A stretch of 54,959 nt of DNA from Methanobacteriota archaeon (GTDB lineage Archaea > Thermoplasmatota > Thermoplasmata > UBA10834). The stretch lies in assembly GCA_020348345.1 (NCBI GenBank), contig CP070748.1, positions 43,384-98,342 of the forward strand, in the 5' to 3' direction. Shown piece after piece: positions 47,738 to 54,959 of this stretch (position 1 is the first letter of the stretch; each line of letters opens with the position of its first letter). The notes beneath the pieces were generated by a model, which was given only the letters and a program-made list of their open reading frames with translations, had not been told where the DNA came from and made no database searches. Position numbers and translations under genes: made by a program.

Positions 47738-48970
47738 CTACTGGACGACGCCGTAGCCGATCAGCCGCCACTTGCCGGCGATCCTCCTCGACATGGCGAT
47801 ACGCTGATCCTTTTCGGCACAGACCGGTATCTTGAGAGATATGTCGGCCGAGTCAGCCCTGCCACTTGTTACAATGCCCACCGTGGTCGCTGTGCCCACG
47901 CTCAACATGAGCGGCTCGTTCGTCTTCAGTGCCTCGACGGCGAGATCGGACGTAACTCCTACCACCCTCTTGAGGAGCTCCGTCTTCACAGCTATAGAAT
48001 CAGTGATCCCAGGCAAAGTGCCGGGCTCGCCAGCAATGCGGCCGACCAGCGAATCGGATTTGGCCAACGCCGGATCCAGACCTGTGCCTATGGCGACAAG
48101 GCCACCTGGCTTGGCGGTTTCAAGATCAAGCGTTCCGGCCACCAACGAGCGAACCGCCGTCACCATCGGCTCCCACGTTACTCCGCGGCTCGTCTCGACC
48201 TTCCTTCCAGGACGTATCTCTATCTCATCGCCTATCCTCAGGCTCCCCCGGGTGAGCGAACCGCCGATCACCGCTCCCTTCAGATCATCAATGGCGGTGC
48301 CTGGCGAGTTGACGTCGAACGATCTTGCGACATACATCCTTACGGACTCATCCGCAGAGGTGTTCGGAGCAGGAATCACCTTCTCTATCGCCATGATAAG
48401 CGTGTCGATGTTCATGTTGTGATGGGCTGAAATGGGTATCACGGGAGCGTCTTCCGCGACGGTGCCCTTGAGGAACTCGCGAATCTCCTGATGGTTCTCC
48501 ATAGCCTGTTCCTTGGTTACAAGGTCCACCTTGTTCTGGACCACTATGATCTTGTCCACGCCGATTATGCTCAGAGCCATAAGATGCTCGCGCGTCTGCG
48601 GCTGCGGGCATGGTTCGTTCGCCGCAACCAACAGAAGTGCACCGTTCATGATTGCGGCGCCGGACAACATAGTCGCCATCAGCGTTTCGTGCCCTGGGGC
48701 GTCCACGAAAGAAACGGCTCTCTGCAGCTCACACTCCGCTCCGCAGTCGGGACATTTTGGCTGATTCGTGTAGCATTTCGAACCCTCGCAATCGCTGCAC
48801 TTGTAGAAGGCCGCGTCAGCATAACCCAGCCTGATGGAAATGCCGCGCTTCACCTCTTCGGAATGCCTGTCCGTCCACTCGCCGGTCAAAGCCTTTGTCA
48901 ATGTGGTCTTGCCATGATCCACATGGCCGATCATGCCGATGTTGGTTTCCGGCTGAACGGGTACATTCAT
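47738..48970 (-). CDS. eif2g: Translation initiation factor aIF2 gamma subunit
   Basis: [18 protein letters not shown], Zn ribbon, DAPGHE, NKVD, WRLIGYG. Confidence 0.96.
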   Translation of the reverse strand: MNVPVQPETNIGMIGHVDHGKTTLTKALTGEWTDRHSEEVKRGISIRLGYADAAFYKCSDCEGSKCYTNQPKCPDCGAECELQRAVSFVDAPGHETLMATMLSGAAIMNGALLLVAANEPCPQPQTREHLMALSIIGVDKIIVVQNKVDLVTKEQAMENHQEIREFLKGTVAEDAPVIPISAHHNMNIDTLIMAIEKVIPAPNTSADESVRMYVARSFDVNSPGTAIDDLKGAVIGGSLTRGSLRIGDEIEIRPGRKVETSRGVTWEPMVTAVRSLVAGTLDLETAKPGGLVAIGTGLDPALAKSDSLVGRIAGEPGTLPGITDSIAVKTELLKRVVGVTSDLAVEALKTNEPLMLSVGTATTVGIVTSGRADSADISLKIPVCAEKDQRIAMSRRIAGKWRLIGYGVVQ

Positions 48971-49365
48971 TCCTTGCTCTTCTCCTCTGCCGTGATGAGC
49001 TCAGAGACAGGCTTGGCACCGTGCTGGGTGACCTTGAGGTTGACCTGCACCGTGTCCGGAGATATCGCGTTGCCACGGAAGCTCTTCTTCTTCCGAAGTC
49101 CCTTCTCCTCCGAACGAAAACCTACGCTTTCGGATACCAACAGCCTCTTCCTCCTGGGTCCTGGTAGGTCCTTCCGCATGGGGAATCCATCCCTGTCGCT
49201 GCCTCCTGTTATCATCAACTTGTAACCGGGCAACCCGACGAATATGCCATCGATGACATCGCCGATTCTCTTGCCAATCAGTGAGTTGGCGTGGTGCCCT
49301 GTGACCGGAGCCTGGTACGACTTGCCATCTTTCGCGTCATTTATGACGGCTCTAAACTCTGCCAC
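48967..49365 (-). CDS. rps6e: 30S ribosomal protein S6e
   Basis: [31 protein letters not shown]. Confidence 0.94.
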   Translation of the reverse strand: MAEFRAVINDAKDGKSYQAPVTGHHANSLIGKRIGDVIDGIFVGLPGYKLMITGGSDRDGFPMRKDLPGPRRKRLLVSESVGFRSEEKGLRKKKSFRGNAISPDTVQVNLKVTQHGAKPVSELITAEEKSKE

Positions 49366-49464
49366 ACAATCCTCTCCAGTGTTGCAGAACGCCCTAATGC
49401 GCAAGGAGTTATATAGGTTTCGGGAACGAAACGACATGCTGGAATGCCGTTCGACCTGTTCCCG

Positions 49465-51219
49465 TTAGCTCCCCCAGAACGGGTTCTCCTTGCGTCTTAT
49501 CTTGACTATTTCGTCCAGCGTCTCCTGCTCATCCAAAGACAGCTTCTTCTCCATCAGCTGCCGCGCGTGGCTCTCGGGCACATCCACAAGGAGGACGTCC
49601 TCAACGTCTATCTGACGACCAACGGTGACATCGTCCACAGCGATTGCGATTTCGTCCCCCATGCGCGCTTCGCGAAGCGTCTTGTCGCCACTTCTAATGC
49701 TCTTGATGCGGCCGACAGTCCTTCCGTCGCTCCTCATGAGCGACTGTCCCTGACGTATCCTCCCGGCAAGAACCCGCACTCCGACGATTGCGGGCTTGCT
49801 GACCCTGAACACGTGATCGCGCAAGATCAGCACCTTTCCCGGGAAGGAGATGTCGAGCCTGCTCTGCGCCTCCAGCTCCCTCGAGCGTTCGTCGCACCAG
49901 AGCAGGTATTCCTCAAGCAGCCTGTATACGACCTGATTCTCGAACAGCTTGACGCCCGTCTCGCGTGCGGCGTCTCTTGCATCTTGATTTATCTCGACGT
50001 TGAATGCGAAAACGGCCTGATGAAGAGGGTCATCGAAGTTCGATGCTTCAATGACATCCTTTCTCGACACGTTGCCCAGGCTGATCTTCCTTATGGGCAA
50101 CTCCTGCTTCTCAGCCTCGAATGCTAGCGCCTCCAACGATCCTATGGTGTCGCCTCGTACGATGATGCCCTGGTCCGAGAGTTCCACATGGATGGAACTC
50201 TCCCTTTGCACTTCTTGGACCACTTCATCGATGTCGCCTTCGACGACCCTTAATTGTCCTCCAGCCATTGCATCTTCGAGGGCCGGCGCGACAATCCTAA
50301 TGCCAGCCGCTGCTGAAACGGCCCTTACCTGGTCAAATCTCTGGCTGGGGTCTCGAATCTCATCGAGGGGTTTGGGCCGAAGAAGCGCTCTGATCTTGGT
50401 GCGAATGGGCTCTCCCCGAACGGATGATATCACGACGGTGTCTCCGATGGAGACGGTTCCCCTGTAGATGATAGTGTCCACGGCCGTACCGATCCCCTTG
50501 TCCTCCTTCACCTCGAGAATCGAACCCTCGCCAGGCCCCTCTTCCGTGCTCAGATCATCACCCAGGAATCTCTGGGCTAAACCGATGAGAACAAGCAGCA
50601 GGTCTGGGAGACCCTCACCCGTCTTGCCGCTCACAGGCACGATTGCCACGGATTTGGTGAAATCACTTATCTTGTCAAACCTATCGGCGCTGAAACCTCC
50701 GATCTCGTACAGTCTTCCGGCGAGGGCGTATAGCTTCTCGTCGAGCTCGGCGACAACACGTGGATCCTGCAGCTCGAGCGACTCGCATAGAGGCATGTCG
50801 TTCTGTGCTCTCCACCCCGGTATCAAGTCGATCTTGTTTGCAGCCACCACAAACGGGGTCTTCAACCTCTTTAGAATGCCGATCGACTCGACCGTCTGAG
50901 GTTTCATGCCTTCGTTCAGGTCGATTACCAGAACAACCATATCGGCAAGCGCGCCCCCCCTGCTTCTGAGGCTCACGAATGAGTAGTGTCCGGGCGTGTC
51001 GATGAACAGAAGGCCCGGGACGCTGAACTCTCTGTCGCCAAGCAGCTGCTCGCATCGCGAGTAAATCGCCTCGATGGGCACATCGGTAGCGCCTATATGC
51101 TGGGTGATGCCGCCTGCCTCACGCGAAACAACCTTGGTTCCTCTGATCCTGTCAAGTATGGTCGACTTGCCGTGGTCCACGTGGCCCAGCACAGATACTA
51201 TAGGTTGTCTAGCGGGCAC
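49465..51219 (-). CDS. infB: Translation initiation factor aIF5B (IF-2)
   Basis: RQPIVSVLGHVDHGKS, EAGGITQHIGA, DTPGH, NKID, C-terminal PFWG; probable GTG start 51219. Confidence 0.95.
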   Translation of the reverse strand: MPARQPIVSVLGHVDHGKSTILDRIRGTKVVSREAGGITQHIGATDVPIEAIYSRCEQLLGDREFSVPGLLFIDTPGHYSFVSLRSRGGALADMVVLVIDLNEGMKPQTVESIGILKRLKTPFVVAANKIDLIPGWRAQNDMPLCESLELQDPRVVAELDEKLYALAGRLYEIGGFSADRFDKISDFTKSVAIVPVSGKTGEGLPDLLLVLIGLAQRFLGDDLSTEEGPGEGSILEVKEDKGIGTAVDTIIYRGTVSIGDTVVISSVRGEPIRTKIRALLRPKPLDEIRDPSQRFDQVRAVSAAAGIRIVAPALEDAMAGGQLRVVEGDIDEVVQEVQRESSIHVELSDQGIIVRGDTIGSLEALAFEAEKQELPIRKISLGNVSRKDVIEASNFDDPLHQAVFAFNVEINQDARDAARETGVKLFENQVVYRLLEEYLLWCDERSRELEAQSRLDISFPGKVLILRDHVFRVSKPAIVGVRVLAGRIRQGQSLMRSDGRTVGRIKSIRSGDKTLREARMGDEIAIAVDDVTVGRQIDVEDVLLVDVPESHARQLMEKKLSLDEQETLDEIVKIRRKENPFWGS

Positions 51220-51282
51220 GGATGCGCCAAAGGCCGAACGATATATCAATTTAACCCAGTCAAAGGAGGGGTACGCCTTCTC

Positions 51283-51741
51283 TCAGCTTTCGAACAGCCA
51301 GTCCTCTTCGGGCTTCTGGTATTCATGAAGCTCGTAATCGTTGAAGAACAGTTTGATCTCGCGCCGTGCGCTCTCTGGCGAATCCGAGCCGTGCACCAGG
51401 TTTCTGCCAGTCGCCTGGGCAAAATCTGCTCTGATCGTGCCTGGCATCGCATCCTGCGGATTCGTCTTCCCCATCATCGTCCTGATGACACTGACGGCGT
51501 TCTCGCCCTCCAAGACCATGCATACGACAGGACCGGAGGTGATATAGGACAGAAGGGGCTCGAAGAACGGCTTGTCCCTGTGCTCCTCGTAGTGGCGCTC
51601 CGCGAGTTCACGCGGTATCCACATCATCTTCATACCCGTGACTTTCAGGGCCCTTCGCTCGAATCTCGATACGATCTCTCCGACGAGTCCCCTCTGGACT
51701 CCATCGGGTTTTACCATGACGAACGTGCGCTCCATCATCAC
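51283..51741 (-). CDS. ndk: Nucleoside diphosphate kinase
   Basis: [29 protein letters not shown]. Confidence 0.96.
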   Translation of the reverse strand: MMMERTFVMVKPDGVQRGLVGEIVSRFERRALKVTGMKMMWIPRELAERHYEEHRDKPFFEPLLSYITSGPVVCMVLEGENAVSVIRTMMGKTNPQDAMPGTIRADFAQATGRNLVHGSDSPESARREIKLFFNDYELHEYQKPEEDWLFES

Positions 51742-52091
51742 TCCTCACCCGACCCTTCTTCTTCCGCTACCTTTGTCCCGGGTTCATGGGAGGATTCCGC
51801 TTTCGACTCTGCCGAATCTGGCTCAGACGCATCAGCGGCCTTGACCGATGGCTTCCTGACTTTACTGGCTCTCTTCGGCTCCGGCTCGGCCCCTTTGAGC
51901 CTGACCTGCTTCTCACGCGCGTGCCAGCTTGTCCACTCGGTACGCCTCGGAACTCGCTTGAGCTCTATCATGTTCTTGAAGCACTTCGATGTGCAGAACT
52001 GATGTGTCACGCCATCCTTCTTGACATACATTCTGCCAGTTCCAGGCTCCACTTCCTTGCCGCAGAACGTGCAGACTCTTCGCTCCACCAT
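51738..52091 (-). CDS. rpl24e: 50S ribosomal protein L24e with charged C-terminal extension
   Basis: [21 protein letters not shown]...FCTSKC...PRRTEWT. Confidence 0.94.
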   Translation of the reverse strand: MVERRVCTFCGKEVEPGTGRMYVKKDGVTHQFCTSKCFKNMIELKRVPRRTEWTSWHAREKQVRLKGAEPEPKRASKVRKPSVKAADASEPDSAESKAESSHEPGTKVAEEEGSGEE

Positions 52092-52123
52092 AGCAACTCA
52101 CCAATATGAACGACTCCAGCGTG

Positions 52124-52333
52124 CTAACGCACGCTGAGCTTCCTCGCCTCTCTCGAGGTTTCCTTGAGCATCAACACGTCACCGACTCGGATGGGCCCCA
52201 TGACGTTGCGAGTTATGATCCTTCCCTTGTCCCTTCCATCGAGAACTCTGACTTTGACCTGCGTCGCCTCTCCGGTCATTCCCGTCCTGCCTATGATCTC
52301 AACGACGGTTGATGGTATGCTGTCACCGACCAT
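52124..52333 (-). CDS. rps28e: 30S ribosomal protein S28e
   Basis: [15 protein letters not shown]...[19 protein letters not shown]. Confidence 0.96.
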   Translation of the reverse strand: MVGDSIPSTVVEIIGRTGMTGEATQVKVRVLDGRDKGRIITRNVMGPIRVGDVLMLKETSREARKLSVR

Positions 52334-52342
52334 CTGTCACAC

Positions 52343-52714
52343 CTACTTCTTGAGCGCTTTGAGCTTTCCTGCGAGCTCGTCCAGCGCCGGCTTTCCCTTG
52401 GCAGGGTCGACCACTGCCACCGCCGCGGTTGGCTTTTCAAGGCCGCACGCGTTTCCCAGCTCCGCCTTCGCCGGCACATATGCATAGGGTACGGCCTTCT
52501 CCTCACAGAGGGCGGGAATGTGCATCAGTATCTCCGGGGGGGAGACGTCTTCCGCCATCACCACGAAAACCGCTTCTCCTCGCTCCACCAGCTTGGTGAC
52601 CTCATTTGTCCCCTTCTTGACCCTGCCTCCGTCCCTGGCCAGCTCAACGATGTCATACGCCTTATCCACAAGCTCCTTGGGCATTTCGAATTTGACGAAT
52701 ATCGGCTTTGTCAT
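52343..52714 (-). CDS. rpl7ae: 50S ribosomal protein L7Ae
   Basis: KKGTNEVTK.VERG, AEDVSPPEI..H.P.LCEEK, LGNACGL. Confidence 0.96.
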   Translation of the reverse strand: MTKPIFVKFEMPKELVDKAYDIVELARDGGRVKKGTNEVTKLVERGEAVFVVMAEDVSPPEILMHIPALCEEKAVPYAYVPAKAELGNACGLEKPTAAVAVVDPAKGKPALDELAGKLKALKK

Positions 52715-52720
52715 ATCTAT

Positions 52721-52767
52721 ACCTCCTTCAGGTGCAACGCACCGTCATCATTCACAGGCTCCTTCGG
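52721..52767 (-). promoter_or_regulatory. Box C/D K-turn-like element in the rpl7ae 5' UTR adjoining the SD
   Basis: Minus strand: CCGAAGGAGCCTGTGA-ATGATGA-C-GGTGC-GTT-GCAC-CTGA-AGGAGGT; TTTTATA TATA at 52801-52807. Confidence 0.7.
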
Positions 52768-52830
52768 TTGAAAAGAGCAGGATGCAGTAGCTGCTCATCG
52801 TATAAAAGACTTGCTGACGCCGTGCCAGAG

Positions 52831-53793
52831 TCATCGTTTCCTGAGCCTGGGGTTGAATATCTCATCGAGGGCGTCGCCTATCAGGTAGAAGGCCACGATC
52901 AGCAGGACTATGCAACCGCCAGGAGCGAGTATCCACCACCACGCAAACGAGGAGAACGCACTGTAGTTGTACGCTTCCTCCAACATCATACCCCAGCTTA
53001 TGACGTCAGGATCGCCGAGGCCGAAGAAATCGAGGAAGGCCTCCGAGAAGATGGAGTTCGCGATGAGGAGGATGGTATTCGCGAATATGAGAGGGAAGAC
53101 GTTAGGGCTGATGTGCTTGCGAATGACATGAAAATCGGTCGCCCCGATCGCCCTTGCCCTCTCAACGAATCCCATCTCCTTCACGGACATGACCTGAGCA
53201 CGCACAATACGTGCCGTGGAAGGCCAGCTCGTGATGCCGATGACGATGATGACGTTGTTGAAGGACCTTCCCATCAGCGCAGCCAGCACAATCATCAGAG
53301 GGAACCACGGCAACACAAGGAAGAAATCGGTGACGCGCATTAGGACCTCGTCGGATATCTTGCCGAAGAATCCAGCGGCGATGCCCACTGAAGTTCCTAT
53401 CACGATAGATATCAGAGAGGCTAGGATTCCAACCAGCAACGAAGCGCGGGCGCCCCAAACCGTCAGCGAGTACACGTCCTTGCCGTTGTAATCGGTCCCG
53501 AATAAATAGTCAAGCGAAGGGGGGGCGTACACGGGATTCGTCCTTGCCCAAGTGGGGGAGTTCGGATCATCATGAGTGCTCAGCCACGGCGCAAGAATGG
53601 CCATGGCCAAGAAGAACACGAAGACATACAATCCGAACATACCACCCAGGTTTCCTCTAAACTGCTTCCAGGTCTTGGTGCCGGATCTATAGAGCATGCG
53701 AGCCCGTTCTTGCTGGCGCTCGTTGAGAAGACCCCATATCAGAAGCGGAACATACTTCAGGATGAATTCGATGCGAGATTTCAGTTTGCTCAT
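52831..53793 (-). CDS. Peptide ABC transporter permease (OppC/DppC type)
   Basis: FGTDYNGKDV, GARASL, FVERARAIGA (EAA loop), DALDEIFNPR. Confidence 0.92.
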   Translation of the reverse strand: MSKLKSRIEFILKYVPLLIWGLLNERQQERARMLYRSGTKTWKQFRGNLGGMFGLYVFVFFLAMAILAPWLSTHDDPNSPTWARTNPVYAPPSLDYLFGTDYNGKDVYSLTVWGARASLLVGILASLISIVIGTSVGIAAGFFGKISDEVLMRVTDFFLVLPWFPLMIVLAALMGRSFNNVIIVIGITSWPSTARIVRAQVMSVKEMGFVERARAIGATDFHVIRKHISPNVFPLIFANTILLIANSIFSEAFLDFFGLGDPDVISWGMMLEEAYNYSAFSSFAWWWILAPGGCIVLLIVAFYLIGDALDEIFNPRLRKR

Positions 53794-54770
53794 ATCTTCA
53801 GCCTCGGATCAAGTCGGAACAGCGTGATATCCGCTATGAAGTTCGCAACGACAACTGCCACCGCCTCCAGCATGAATACCGCCTGTAGGAGGGGATAATC
53901 GTAGGCAAAGACGGCCATATAGGTGAGATACCCCAGACCCTGGTATGAGAATATCACCTCGATCATGATGGCGCCGCCCAGAATCCATCCCACGTTCATC
54001 GCCACAACTGTCACGACGGGAAGCATCGCGTTGGGCATCGCGTGGTTCTTTAGGACTTGACGCCCCCGGAGACCCTTCGCGACCGCAGTAACCATGTACT
54101 CTTCGGTCAGAACGTCGACCAGCGCGCTTCTAGTGATGATAGAGAACGCGGCTATCGATTCGATAACAAGGGCAAAGAGGGGGAGTAAGACATGGATTGT
54201 TCTGTCCCAAACCTTGCCCAGGAAGTCCATATTGTAGTATTCATCACTGAATTCCCCATGCGTAGGCCATCCGGGTATGTACCTTACAAACAGAGTGAGG
54301 AGGACGAGCGCGAACAGGAATGTCGGGATGCAATAGAAGATGAGGAAGAACGTTCCACCCACGCGATCAAAGGCGGTACCGCGCCGCCAGGCAGCGGCTC
54401 TGCCGAAGATAACGCCTGCGAATATTGCGATGGCCGTGCCCAGACCCACCAGCACGAAGGTTCTAAGCATGTACGGACCCAACAGATCTTCGACAGGCAC
54501 ACCAGCGCGGTAGCTGATACTCGTGCCCAGCTCCCCCGTGAACGTTTGCTTCAGATAGACCAGGAACTGGACTGGCAACGGCTGGTCCAATCCGTAGTAT
54601 TTCCTCAGCTCATCGGCCGTTTCAGGCGTCACTGTCTTGCCGATAAGCACGAACTCTATGTCCCCAGGCATCACTCTGAACAGGAGGAAGTTGAAGCTCA
54701 GTATCAGCACTATCGATATGAATACATAGAAAAGCCTTCGGAAGAAATAGGCTCTGAAACTCCTTGGCGT
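53790..54770 (-). CDS. Peptide ABC transporter permease (OppB/DppB type)
   Basis: YFFRRL...FRVMPGD, YGLDQPL, YMVTAVAKGL, DYPLLQ, LDPRL; frame is open to ACG 54770 with an in-frame TGA at 54777-54779. Confidence 0.9.
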   Translation of the reverse strand, partial: TPRSFRAYFFRRLFYVFISIVLILSFNFLLFRVMPGDIEFVLIGKTVTPETADELRKYYGLDQPLPVQFLVYLKQTFTGELGTSISYRAGVPVEDLLGPYMLRTFVLVGLGTAIAIFAGVIFGRAAAWRRGTAFDRVGGTFFLIFYCIPTFLFALVLLTLFVRYIPGWPTHGEFSDEYYNMDFLGKVWDRTIHVLLPLFALVIESIAAFSIITRSALVDVLTEEYMVTAVAKGLRGRQVLKNHAMPNAMLPVVTVVAMNVGWILGGAIMIEVIFSYQGLGYLTYMAVFAYDYPLLQAVFMLEAVAVVVANFIADITLFRLDPRLKI

Positions 54771-54848
54771 TCGAAATCACCTCTCAGTGACTCTGATTCT
54801 ATCCAGAATCATCTGTGTATCCTCTCATGCCGATGTCGGAACTGGTGA

Positions 54849-54959
54849 TCACGGCAGTCGTACGTCTTCTTCCTCCTTCTCCGGGCGGCCACCAGTCCTC
54901 TTGCGGCGTATCGTCATCACCACCGCCGCTGCGACGATGGCTATCACGATCACTACGCC
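54849..54959 (-). CDS. C-terminal membrane anchor of an upstream protein, probably the peptide ABC substrate-binding protein (truncated by window edge)
   Basis: GVVIVIAIVAAAVVMTIRRKRTGGRPEKEEEDVRLP*; TM plus basic residues, directly upstream of the permeases. Confidence 0.65.
   Translation of the reverse strand, partial: GVVIVIAIVAAAVVMTIRRKRTGGRPEKEEEDVRLP

Noticed and set aside
1-54959. CRISPR array, rRNA, selenocysteine/pyrrolysine recoding
   Set aside because: No regularly spaced repeats, no rRNA-like sequence, and no recognised enzyme is interrupted by an in-frame stop

Overview
Gene-dense, moderately GC-rich archaeal chromosome segment, most consistent with a non-methanogenic Thermoplasmata-type archaeon. 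Support: L7Ae/S28e/L24e/S6e, aIF2-gamma, aIF5B, GINS, GPN GTPase, pantoate kinase, CTP-dependent riboflavin kinase, GGTGA Shine-Dalgarno motifs, TATA promoters and BHB-type tRNA introns. Most of the window is housekeeping: upper mevalonate cluster, CoA, purine synthesis, ProRS and translation. It also carries a clear peptide/amino-acid catabolism signature: TldD/E, HutH, Tdh-Kbl, GcvP, class-III aminotransferase with AOR, an oligopeptide ABC transporter and two secreted cysteine-protease-family proteins. Three tRNAs are present: Pro-CGG, Gly-TCC (intron) and Lys-CTT (intron). I found no CRISPR array, integrase or transposase. The best leads are: (1) a module between two tRNAs in which a membrane-anchored winged-HTH gene and a secreted clostripain-like gene lacking the catalytic Cys share a near-identical palindrome, TGAAAC-N-AATTTCA; (2) apparent near-cognate start codons (ACG, CTG) behind good SD motifs in three genes; (3) a candidate ~215-nt structured RNA behind tRNA-Gly; (4) an AOR/Fe-S/omega-aminotransferase cluster; (5) a 1466-aa TPR protein ending in a B-box-like Zn finger; (6) a box C/D K-turn-like element over the L7Ae ribosome-binding site. 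All family calls come from motif recognition by eye; no database searches were run.
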